A DNA stretch of 46,833 nucleotides from NCBI GenBank assembly GCA_031414515.1, contig JANNVS010000332.1, positions 1 to 46,833 on the forward strand, written 5' to 3'. A model generated the notes under the pieces. It did no database searches, had not been told where the DNA came from, and saw nothing but the letters and a program-made list of their open reading frames with translations. The position numbers and the translations under genes were made by a program. Positions 28,848 through 37,443 of the stretch are shown here, piece after piece. Source of the DNA: Sphingobacteriales bacterium. Its GTDB lineage: Bacteria; Bacteroidota; Bacteroidia; Chitinophagales; JADIYW01. Position 1 is the stretch's first letter. Every line of letters begins with the position of its first letter.

Positions 28848-30212
28848 TTATTTATAATTATTTAAATTTCCGTTTGCTTTGTCTATTTCTAATTTTGCAT
28901 TCAACAAGCCTACAAAAGCTGACAAATAATTTAACTCAGCATCTTTGTAAGCCGAATCAGCAGCAATTAAATCAGTATAACCAATTATACCTTTTTGGTA
29001 CTGCAAAGTGGTTATTTCTAAAATGTTTTTCGCCAGTTCTAAGTTTGTTTTATTGATATCAATATTCTGAATAGCATTTGTATATTGTGTTCCTGCGTTT
29101 TTTAGCTGGAATTTTAATCCTTCTTCTGTAAAAGCAATATTTTCTTTTATTGATTCGATATTTAATTGAGATTGTCGAAGTGAACTTTTAGTTCTAAATC
29201 CGTCAAAAATCGGCACTTCTAATTTTAAACCAAGTGCTGCAATTGGAGACCAGTTTTTAAATGATTCTGCAAACTTATTGCCTAAAGACTGTCCAGCATA
29301 TTTTGCATAAAATGAGAAAACTGGGAAATAGGCAGCTTGTGTTCTTTTTTGCAACACATTTTGCAATTGTAAATTTTTTCGCAATAAACGTAATTCAATT
29401 TTGTTTCGGATGGATGAGGTATCAGAGAATGAATTAATATCAATAATTTCGCGTGTGTAACTTGTATCAATAGTAATTATGGAATCTAATGATAAAGCCA
29501 TGTTGTATTTTAAATTATTTAAAGCCAGTTCTTTTTTTGTTTTTAATATTTCTTCATTGGCAACAATATTGTTATAGTTTACCTGAACACGATCAACATC
29601 TATTTTTTTAACAACACCTTTTTCGTATTGTAGTTTTATAATAGGTAGTGTTTTTGTCAAACGGTTTTCATTCTGTTTTAATAATTTTTCCTGCTCATTT
29701 ATAAATAATATTTGGTAGTATGCAACAATTGTATTGTAAATAACATCTTCTTCAGTTTTAATTTTTTTCAATTCTGCTAATTCATAGCTTGGTTTTATTG
29801 CTTTTATACCATCAATAAAAGATTTATTGTATAAAAACTGATCCAATTGTACTCCAACAACAGTAATAAATTTATTTCCAAATGCAAGTTGTTGTTCTGG
29901 TGTCGTAACTGTACCTTGTGGCAAAGTTGGTATATCAATTACTGAGGTTAAACCAGGAAAAGTATTTACTTGTAATTGTATATTATAATCCCATTTTGCA
30001 ATACCATTTATTTGAGGCAAATAAGCAGACTGACCTTCTTTTTTTCTTGCATAAGCAACAGCAACATCATTTTGTGCAACTCTTAAGTTTCGATGATTCT
30101 TCAGAGAATAATCAATACATTGAGACAAGGTGTAAGTGGTTTGAGAAAATGAGTTGATAGTTAACAGTTGACAGATAACAGCAAATAACACGATATATTT
30201 TAGGTTTCTCAT
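28848..30212 (-). CDS. TolC-family outer-membrane efflux protein
   Basis: 454 aa with a signal peptide. Two repeated OEP-type coiled-coil/beta regions are present. It is located in the efflux operon. Confidence 0.8.
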   Translation of the reverse strand: MRNLKYIVLFAVICQLLTINSFSQTTYTLSQCIDYSLKNHRNLRVAQNDVAVAYARKKEGQSAYLPQINGIAKWDYNIQLQVNTFPGLTSVIDIPTLPQGTVTTPEQQLAFGNKFITVVGVQLDQFLYNKSFIDGIKAIKPSYELAELKKIKTEEDVIYNTIVAYYQILFINEQEKLLKQNENRLTKTLPIIKLQYEKGVVKKIDVDRVQVNYNNIVANEEILKTKKELALNNLKYNMALSLDSIITIDTSYTREIIDINSFSDTSSIRNKIELRLLRKNLQLQNVLQKRTQAAYFPVFSFYAKYAGQSLGNKFAESFKNWSPIAALGLKLEVPIFDGFRTKSSLRQSQLNIESIKENIAFTEEGLKFQLKNAGTQYTNAIQNIDINKTNLELAKNILEITTLQYQKGIIGYTDLIAADSAYKDAELNYLSAFVGLLNAKLEIDKANGNLNNYK

Positions 30213-30217
30213 TCTTT

Positions 30218-30853
30218 TTATAGTTTTATTTTTTTTAATAATTGTTGAAATACTTCGATGCCTTTTGGTGTAGCTATAGCATAAAAATTATATTTCAGTA
30301 TTTCTATATAAACATCTGCTGGTTTATAATTTTTACCATCTAATTGTAATGGTAAAAAACACAAATGCAATTGTAACATCGTCACCATTTCTACATTAAT
30401 ATCTTTTCTGAACAAACCTTGTTTGATACCTTTTTTTAAATTATCTGAAATATTCATTTTTGCAAAACAATCGCGATGATTTTCAATTAGCAACCAACTT
30501 TCAGGATAAAATTTTACTAAATCACGCATCATTGACGGATGAAATGATTGTAACTCTGCATTGATGTGTGCAGCAATCAACAATAGTTCTTCTATGGCAT
30601 TTTCGGTGTTTTCAGCAATTGCAAGAATCGCATTTTGGTCGCGTTTCAAATCATATTCCACACAAAACTTTACCAAATCTGCTTTGTTGTCAATTTCTTT
30701 GTACAATGTTTTTTTTGAGATTCCAAGTTCACGCGCCAAATCATCCATTGTGGTATTACGCACACCTACTGTATAAAACAATTTATGTGCCTTTTCAAAG
30801 ATTTTAGCCGCAATTGGATTATCCTGTTTAATTATGGTTGATATATCTGACAT
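30218..30853 (-). CDS. TetR/AcrR-family transcriptional regulator
   Basis: The N-terminal helix-turn-helix reads FYTVGVRNTTMDDLARELGISKKTLY. The ATG at 30853 (MSDISTII) is preferred over the track's TTG at 30892. It is the first gene of the efflux operon. Confidence 0.85.
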   Translation of the reverse strand: MSDISTIIKQDNPIAAKIFEKAHKLFYTVGVRNTTMDDLARELGISKKTLYKEIDNKADLVKFCVEYDLKRDQNAILAIAENTENAIEELLLIAAHINAELQSFHPSMMRDLVKFYPESWLLIENHRDCFAKMNISDNLKKGIKQGLFRKDINVEMVTMLQLHLCFLPLQLDGKNYKPADVYIEILKYNFYAIATPKGIEVFQQLLKKIKL

Positions 30854-30859
30854 GGACCG

Positions 30860-30867
30860 CAAAAGTA
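30860..30867 (-). promoter_or_regulatory. Candidate -7 box (TACTTTTG on the minus strand) for tetR and the efflux operon
   Basis: The plus strand reads CAAAAGTA. It lies only 6 nt upstream of the ATG at 30853. Confidence 0.35.
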
Positions 30868-30882
30868 CCAACAATAAACGCT

Positions 30883-30910
30883 GGAAACTCAAAAAGGTTT
30901 TAAAGTTTCC
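30883..30910. promoter_or_regulatory. Inverted repeat GGAAACT-N14-AGTTTCC, candidate TetR operator
   Basis: Perfect 7-bp arms in the tetR / oxidoreductase divergent intergenic region. It overlaps the expected -33 region of the tetR promoter. Confidence 0.3.
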
Positions 30911-30969
30911 GAGAAATTATCATTAACTAAATATTAATAAGTTTAGTAGTTTTAAGTCCAATTATAATC

Positions 30970-31968
30970 ATGCAAGATATGCAAGCGCTCGTACTCAACC
31001 AGAATTCATTCCAATTAGAAGAAGTAACGACACCAACTGTAGGTGAACATCAGGCTTTAATAAAAATACATTACGCAGCACTCAATCATCGCGACCAATG
31101 GATACGAGAAGGTCAATACGCTAAGATACAATTGCCTGCAATTCTCGGTTCTGACGGTTGTGGCGAAGTTATTGTAGTTTTTAATGAAGAAGACAAACAC
31201 TGGATTGGCAAAGATGTTATCATCAATCCGAATATAAATTGGGGCACCAATCAGCAGTTCCAATCTAAAGAATATCAAATTCTCGGAATGCCAACGCAAG
31301 GAACTTTAGCAGAATATATTGTTGTAAATATCGACAGGCTACACGTGAAACCAACTTATCTAAGCAATGAACAAGCAAGTGCGTTGCCATTGGCTGGCAT
31401 GACTGCCTATAATGCTCTTTTTAATAAAGGTAAAGTAGAACGTGGAATGAATGTAATGATTTCTGGAGTTGGTGGTGGTGTGGCGCAGTTTGCATTTTTG
31501 TTTGCACATGCAGTAGGTGCAAATACATATGTTACATCCAGTAAAGACGCTGTTTTAGAAACCTGTAACAATCTTGGCGCAAAAGATGGCGCAAACTATA
31601 CAGGAAAGGATGCGATTAAGAATCTCTCAAAAACAATTGGTGGTTTTGATGTAATTATTGACAGTGCTTGTGGTGATGGTATGAACGAATTAATATCAAC
31701 ATTAAAACCAAATGGAAAATTTGTGTTTTATGGTGCAACGAAAGGCTTGCCAAGAGATTTAAATATGCGACTAATCTTCTGGAATCACCTGCAATTATTA
31801 GGTTCTACAATGGGTAGCGATGAAGATTATTTTAAAATGATTGATTTATGCAACGAACATCAGATAAAACCTATCTTAGATAAAACCTTTGAGTTTGCAG
31901 ATGCAGTTTCCGCTTTCGAGAGAATGAAAGACGGAGCTCAGTTTGGTAAGATTATTATTAAAATATAA
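30970..31968 (+). CDS. Zinc-type alcohol dehydrogenase / quinone oxidoreductase (MDR superfamily)
   Basis: 332 aa. It has a GroES-like N-domain (LNHRDQWIREG, GSDGCGEV) and a Rossmann motif, ISGVGGGVAQFA. Confidence 0.8.
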   Translation: MQDMQALVLNQNSFQLEEVTTPTVGEHQALIKIHYAALNHRDQWIREGQYAKIQLPAILGSDGCGEVIVVFNEEDKHWIGKDVIINPNINWGTNQQFQSKEYQILGMPTQGTLAEYIVVNIDRLHVKPTYLSNEQASALPLAGMTAYNALFNKGKVERGMNVMISGVGGGVAQFAFLFAHAVGANTYVTSSKDAVLETCNNLGAKDGANYTGKDAIKNLSKTIGGFDVIIDSACGDGMNELISTLKPNGKFVFYGATKGLPRDLNMRLIFWNHLQLLGSTMGSDEDYFKMIDLCNEHQIKPILDKTFEFADAVSAFERMKDGAQFGKIIIKI

Positions 31969-32028
31969 AAGAAGCTAAAAGCTAAATTATCAGATTTCCA
32001 AGTCTGTTTTAAAAGAGATTCATTTAGT

Positions 32029-32036
32029 TATATTTG
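32029..32036 (+). promoter_or_regulatory. Candidate -7 box (TATATTTG) abutting the start codon
   Basis: Exact TAnnTTTG match. Its 3' end is 4 nt before the ATG at 32041. Confidence 0.4.
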
Positions 32037-32040
32037 TATT

Positions 32041-33468
32041 ATGCATGAAGAAATACTAAAACATTTATTCAAACAATATTTTAACGAAGATTGTCAGGCT
32101 GTGATACAGTTGCCACAAGCCGGTTCTGACAGGATTTATTTTCGTGTGAAAAGCGATGCTCATTCTGCTATTGGCACTTATGGAAAAGACACGAAAGAAA
32201 ACGAAACGTTCATTCATCATACTAAACAATTTCATCAGAAATTTATAACGGTTCCACAGGTTTATATTGCAAGCGATGACAAACAATATTATTTGCAGCA
32301 AGATTTAGGTGATACGTCTTTATATTCTATTATTAAAAGTGAAGGCATTTCAGAAAATGTAAAAAAACAATTGAAAGAAGTGTTGCAACAATTATCGTAT
32401 CTGCAAATTCGCGGTGCTGAACATTTTAATTTTGCTACGTGCTATCCAATTCAGGAATTCAACAGAAGTTCTATGTTTTGGGATTTGAATTCGTTTAAAT
32501 ATTATTTTGCACGTGTTGCAAGAGCACATTTTAGTGAATTAGATTTGAATGAAGATTTTCATCGCTTGTGCGAATATTTGATGGAAGAACCAAATCAATA
32601 TTTTATGTTTCGTGATTGCCAGTCGCGCAATGTGATGATACACGAAGACAAACCTTATTTTATCGATTACCAAGGTGGCAGAAAAGGACCATTGCAATAC
32701 GATGCAGCTTCTTTGTTATGGCAAGCTGGTGCCAAAATCCCATACGATGTAAGAGAAGAATTATTTGATTATTACACACATAAAATTTCTGCCTTAATTT
32801 TTATTAATAAAGAAGATTTTAAAGAACGCTATTATGCGTTTGTATTAATACGAATGCTACAAGTATTGGGTGCTTATGGTTTCCGTGGTTTGATAGAAAA
32901 ACGCAGTCATTTTATTGAAAGCATACAACCTGCATTAGAAAATGTAAAATGGTTTCTAGAAAATATAAAACTAAAAATTGAATTACCTGAATTGACGAAT
33001 GTTTTACAACAATTAATTGTTTCTGATACATTTAAAGTAGAAAAATTTGACGGATCTCAAAAACCATTAAAAATAGAAGTGAATAGCTTTTCTTACAAAA
33101 GAGAAATTCCAACAGATACAACAAACAATGGTGGTGGTTTTGTATTTGATTGTCGTGGTATTCACAATCCTGGAAGATATGAGCCTTATAAACAGTTAAC
33201 AGGAAAAGATAAATCTGTGATTGAATTTTTAGAAACAAAAACAAAAGTGAAAGATTTTCTAGAAAATGTTTACAAAATAATCGATATCAATATTCAGGAT
33301 TATTTAGTAAGAGATTTCGAGCACTTGCAAATTAATTTTGGTTGTACTGGTGGACAACATCGTAGCGTGTATTGCGCTGAACAAACAGCAAAATATATCA
33401 AAGATAAATACAATATTGATGTGCAGTTAAAACACATTGAAAGAGAAATACAAGGACAATTTATTTAA
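32041..33468 (+). CDS. Fusion protein: AmgK-like (APH-fold) anomeric sugar kinase domain plus RapZ/YvcJ C-terminal domain
   Basis: 475 aa. Residues ~1-335 show a kinase-like fold, with the catalytic loop FRDCQSRNVMI (32608-32640) and the metal-binding segment FIDYQGGRKGPLQYDAASLL. Residues ~343-475 (33067-33465) carry RapZ C-domain hallmarks, FVFDCRGIHNPGRY and GCTGGQHRSV (33340-33366). Confidence 0.75.
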   Translation: MHEEILKHLFKQYFNEDCQAVIQLPQAGSDRIYFRVKSDAHSAIGTYGKDTKENETFIHHTKQFHQKFITVPQVYIASDDKQYYLQQDLGDTSLYSIIKSEGISENVKKQLKEVLQQLSYLQIRGAEHFNFATCYPIQEFNRSSMFWDLNSFKYYFARVARAHFSELDLNEDFHRLCEYLMEEPNQYFMFRDCQSRNVMIHEDKPYFIDYQGGRKGPLQYDAASLLWQAGAKIPYDVREELFDYYTHKISALIFINKEDFKERYYAFVLIRMLQVLGAYGFRGLIEKRSHFIESIQPALENVKWFLENIKLKIELPELTNVLQQLIVSDTFKVEKFDGSQKPLKIEVNSFSYKREIPTDTTNNGGGFVFDCRGIHNPGRYEPYKQLTGKDKSVIEFLETKTKVKDFLENVYKIIDINIQDYLVRDFEHLQINFGCTGGQHRSVYCAEQTAKYIKDKYNIDVQLKHIEREIQGQFI

Positions 33469-33474
33469 TAAAGA

Positions 33475-34236
33475 ATGAAAGCAATGATATTCGCAGCAGG
33501 TTTTGGTACAAGGTTAAAGCCTTTAACTGATAGTTGTCCGAAAGCTTTAGTAAAAGTAGGTAATAAGCCAATGTTACAACATACTATTGAGCATTTAATT
33601 AAACATGGGTTTGATGATATCATTATAAATATTCATTTTTTAGGAAATCAGGTAAAAGACTTTTTACAACAACATAATAATTTTGGTATTCACATCGAAA
33701 TTTCAGATGAAACAGATGAGATTTTGGAAACTGGTGGAGGTTTGCTAAAAGCAAAATATTTTTTTGATGACGAAAAACCTTTTTTAGTTTGTAATGCAGA
33801 TGTGTTTACAAATATCAATCTAACTGATTTTTTTACTTTTCATTTACAAAACAATGCAATAGCAACATTAGCAGTGCGCAATAGAAATTCATCGCGCTAT
33901 TTATTATTTGATGATGATAATATTTTATTTGGCTGGGAAAATGTGAAAACACATGAAGTAAAAATTCCAAGAAAAATTCCAACTGAAATAAAAGAACAAT
34001 TAGCAGAACACGAAACCTATCCGCTAAACGAATTTGCATTTAGTGGTTATCATATTATTTCTCCTGAAATTTTTAAACACCAAACAAAAAGTGGTGTTTT
34101 TTCTATGACTGATTGGTATTTAGATTTATGCAGACACCATAAAATAAAGGCATTTCCACACAATGATGATATCTGGATTGATATTGGCTCGTTGGAACAA
34201 TTGCAAAAAGCAAACGATGTGTATTCGTCTCTTTAA
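33475..34236 (+). CDS. Sugar-1-phosphate nucleotidyltransferase, MurU-like
   Basis: 253 aa. It has the N-terminal signature MIFAAGFGTRLKPLT..PKALV and an ETGGGL block. It lies 6 nt downstream of the AmgK-like gene. Confidence 0.75.
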   Translation: MKAMIFAAGFGTRLKPLTDSCPKALVKVGNKPMLQHTIEHLIKHGFDDIIINIHFLGNQVKDFLQQHNNFGIHIEISDETDEILETGGGLLKAKYFFDDEKPFLVCNADVFTNINLTDFFTFHLQNNAIATLAVRNRNSSRYLLFDDDNILFGWENVKTHEVKIPRKIPTEIKEQLAEHETYPLNEFAFSGYHIISPEIFKHQTKSGVFSMTDWYLDLCRHHKIKAFPHNDDIWIDIGSLEQLQKANDVYSSL

Positions 34237-34246
34237 ATAAAATAAA

Positions 34247-35149
34247 CTACTCTATTATCTGATATGTAAACTTTGCATTCATTGGTCTGTGATCTGATAA
34301 CGGATCGCCATCTACATCAAAAAATTCAGCACCATCTAATTTATAAAAAGTTGGCGTCAATGTAATTTTTGAGCTGCTTCTGTAATATATTTTATCTACT
34401 ACTTCGCAGGTTGCATTTGTTGCATTTGGTGCACAATCCATCAACGAATTATCATCTTGCAAAGGCAACACATTACTTCTTAATAACTCAACCCAAACAT
34501 TTTTTAATCCTCTGTTATCTACTTCACGAATATTATCACCAGAACGAGTGTATCTGCAATTAAAATCACCCATCAAAATAATTGCATTGCCTACTGAATT
34601 TGCATCCATGTATGCACATAATTGCAAAATATTATTTCGTCGAGCAGCTAAATCTGCAGCATCGCTTCCAGCATTGCAATGTACATTGTATAAATCAACA
34701 TACACATCTTCGTTAAATCGCAATCTACAATAAGAAAATCCTTTTGGTGTCAAACAATCTGTACCATTACACTGATTCCATTTAATTCTCTTGAAGTCAA
34801 CAAACGGAATCGTAGAAACAGTATTTAAACCATCACCTAAAACTACATCTGCCACATATTTACTTTTGTATGGAAGTTTAATTTGGCGATATAGTGAATC
34901 GTGATAAGCAAAATCTTCTTGAATATTAACAACATTGTAAGCGTTCAACAACGGACTTATCAAATGCATATGTTTTAATGGAAACTGATCAGGATTTATA
35001 CCTTGAGGCAAACCAGCAACATTATAAGTAAGCGCGTTTATTTCACCAGTATTTGGCATATCTTGATATGGTGAATACTTTTCTCTTCCACAAGAAAACA
35101 TAAGAAGAACAGAACATAATAAAATAAAAAATTTTGGTGATTTTTGCAT
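34247..35149 (-). CDS. Endonuclease/exonuclease/phosphatase (EEP) family lipoprotein
   Basis: 300 aa with a lipobox LLMFSCG. EEP catalytic blocks are present: TYNVAGL, NIQEDF, GDFNCR and LSDHRPM. Confidence 0.75.
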   Translation of the reverse strand: MQKSPKFFILLCSVLLMFSCGREKYSPYQDMPNTGEINALTYNVAGLPQGINPDQFPLKHMHLISPLLNAYNVVNIQEDFAYHDSLYRQIKLPYKSKYVADVVLGDGLNTVSTIPFVDFKRIKWNQCNGTDCLTPKGFSYCRLRFNEDVYVDLYNVHCNAGSDAADLAARRNNILQLCAYMDANSVGNAIILMGDFNCRYTRSGDNIREVDNRGLKNVWVELLRSNVLPLQDDNSLMDCAPNATNATCEVVDKIYYRSSSKITLTPTFYKLDGAEFFDVDGDPLSDHRPMNAKFTYQIIE

Positions 35150-35237
35150 AGATTTTGTGTGTTATATATGTGAATATAGCTATAATTGAATAACAAAAAA
35201 AGCGATTAATACTTTGTGGAAAGTTAAAATGAGGTTC

Positions 35238-35696
35238 TTACTTTTTAATTAATACCATTCGTAGCCTTTCATTGCCACAATTAGTAATCATATATCCATC
35301 TAAATAATATTTTTTAGTATATGGATTTCTAAGAATACTAAAAGTGCCATTGCCAAAACACCATTCTAATCCTTTTGGCAATAAATCAAAAAAAATAATT
35401 TTTTCTTGTTCTATAAATATCTTCTTTTCATCATAGTTGATATTTCCAGACACTTTGTATTTAGCTTTATAGATATCAGACTGATATCTATATTGAATGG
35501 ACATTTCTCCAAATAAATCACCTGCATCATTATCGTCTACGATATACAGAGAAACTGGTAAGCCTTTTTTATTGTCACCGTCTAAACTTTTTGACATTAA
35601 AAATCCTTTCCATGTTCCATGGAACATTGGATTTCCAGCAATACTATTTGTTGCAATCAGCAGAAATAAAATAAAGTGCAGAAATCTGTTTAACAT
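35238..35696 (-). CDS. Hypothetical secreted protein
   Basis: 152 aa with a signal peptide (MLNRFLHFILFLLIATNSIAG). No motif recognised. It fills the gap between glyQS and the EEP gene on the same strand. Confidence 0.5.
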   Translation of the reverse strand: MLNRFLHFILFLLIATNSIAGNPMFHGTWKGFLMSKSLDGDNKKGLPVSLYIVDDNDAGDLFGEMSIQYRYQSDIYKAKYKVSGNINYDEKKIFIEQEKIIFFDLLPKGLEWCFGNGTFSILRNPYTKKYYLDGYMITNCGNERLRMVLIKK

Positions 35697-35734
35697 AATT
35701 TATGGAATGATGTTATTTTGTTTTAATATGTAAA

Positions 35735-37255
35735 TTATAATATTGCTTTCCGCAATAAGTTATTCATATCAATTTTTGAACCAATTATATTTTCGATTTC
35801 AGAAAGCTGAATTCTTGCTTGTTCCATGGTGTCGCGTTCACGAATAGTTACGGTGTTGTCTTCTAGTGTTTGATGATCAACCGTTATACAATAAGGCGTT
35901 CCGAGTGCATCCATTCTTCTGTATCGTTTTCCTATAGAATCTTTTTCTTCATAAAAAGTTCTGCCAACAAATTTTAATACATCAATAATTTCACGCGCTT
36001 TTTCTGGCAAACCATCTTTTTTTATTAAAGGCAGAACAGCAACTTTTATAGGTGCTAATGCTGCGGGCAATTTTAATACCGTTCTTGTTTCGCCATTTAC
36101 AAGTACTTCATCACATAAGCTTTCGCTTAAAACACGCAAAAACATTCTGTCTAAACCAATAGAAGTTTCAATGACATATGGAACATAATTTTGGTTAAGC
36201 TCTGAATCAAAATATTGTAATTTTTTACCAGAAAAATTTTGATGTTGTGTTAAATCAAAATCAGTTCTTGAATGAATACCTTCTAATTCTTTAAATCCAA
36301 TTGGAAATTTGAATTGGATATCTTCAGCAGCATCAGCATAATGTGCTAATTTTTCATGTACATGAAAACGCAGACTATCTTTTGAAGTTCCTAATGCCAA
36401 GTGCCAGTTTAATCTTATTTGTTTCCATGTAGAGAACCATTCTTTTTGTGTGCCAGGTCGAACAAAAAACTGCATTTCCATTTGTTCAAACTCACGCATA
36501 CGAAAAATAAATTGACGTGCTACAATCTCATTTCTGAAAGCTTTTCCGATTTGTGCAATACCAAATGGAATTTTCATACGTGCCGTTTTTTGCACATTTA
36601 AAAAATTCACAAAAATACCTTGTGCGGTTTCCGGACGTAAATATAAGTCTGTAGCATCTTCATCAACTGCACCTAATTTTGTTCCAAACATCAAATTAAA
36701 TTGACGAACATCTGTCCAGTTTTTGGAGCCTGAGACTTCGCAAGCAATTTCGTATTCTTCAATTAATTCTTTGTATCGTTTATAATCAGCAGCTTCAGCA
36801 GCTTTAATGTATTCCATTTCTAAAGTAAGCCCTTTTGCATAATCGCGACTTGCCTTAGATTTTTCATCTTCAGATGCGTTAGATAAATTTTTCTTAGCTA
36901 ATTCTTTTTCACCTTTTTCTTTCACCTTTTCAATTTTTTCTTCTAACAAAACATCAGCTCGGTATCTTTTTTTTGAATCTTTGTTATCAATTAACGGATC
37001 GGAAAAAGAATCCACGTGACCGCTGGCTTTCCAAACTGTTGGATGCATAAAGATTGCAGAATCTAAGCCAACAATATTTTCGTGCATTTGCACCATACTT
37101 TTCCACCAGTATTCTTTTATATAATTTTTGAGTTCGACGCCAAAAGGACCGTAATCATACACAGCTCCTAAATTGTCGTAAATTTCACTCGACGGAAAAA
37201 TAAATCCGTATTCTTTGCAATGTGATATAATTTTCTGTAAATCTATTTCTGCCAT
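35735..37255 (-). CDS. glyQS: Glycine--tRNA ligase (dimeric class II type)
   Basis: 506 aa. Blocks present: FNLMFGT, YLRPETAQGIFVNF, GKAFRNEI, IETSIGLDR, and a C-terminal anticodon-binding domain. Confidence 0.9.
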   Translation of the reverse strand: MAEIDLQKIISHCKEYGFIFPSSEIYDNLGAVYDYGPFGVELKNYIKEYWWKSMVQMHENIVGLDSAIFMHPTVWKASGHVDSFSDPLIDNKDSKKRYRADVLLEEKIEKVKEKGEKELAKKNLSNASEDEKSKASRDYAKGLTLEMEYIKAAEAADYKRYKELIEEYEIACEVSGSKNWTDVRQFNLMFGTKLGAVDEDATDLYLRPETAQGIFVNFLNVQKTARMKIPFGIAQIGKAFRNEIVARQFIFRMREFEQMEMQFFVRPGTQKEWFSTWKQIRLNWHLALGTSKDSLRFHVHEKLAHYADAAEDIQFKFPIGFKELEGIHSRTDFDLTQHQNFSGKKLQYFDSELNQNYVPYVIETSIGLDRMFLRVLSESLCDEVLVNGETRTVLKLPAALAPIKVAVLPLIKKDGLPEKAREIIDVLKFVGRTFYEEKDSIGKRYRRMDALGTPYCITVDHQTLEDNTVTIRERDTMEQARIQLSEIENIIGSKIDMNNLLRKAIL

Positions 37256-37262
37256 AATAGGT

Positions 37263-37270
37263 CAAAGATA
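37263..37270 (-). promoter_or_regulatory. Candidate -7 box (TATCTTTG on the minus strand) for glyQS
   Basis: The plus strand reads CAAAGATA. It lies 7 nt upstream of the ATG at 37255. Confidence 0.4.
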
Positions 37271-37368
37271 ATAATTTGAAATGCTTTAGTATTCACGAAC
37301 ACACTTAAAAATAATAAACTGTTGAGTAAAATTAGTTTATTTGAAAATTTGAGAATGAAATTATTAAG

Positions 37369-37412
37369 AAATACCAATAATCACGTATTTACATTAAATT
37401 TAATTGGTATTT
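37369..37412. repeat. Inverted repeat AAATACCAAT-N24-ATTGGTATTT
   Basis: Perfect 10-bp arms, 32 nt upstream of the WG-repeat gene start, in the glyQS / WG-repeat divergent intergenic region. Confidence 0.5.
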
Positions 37413-37443
37413 AATTTGTAAAGAATGAATAAAAACATATAAT

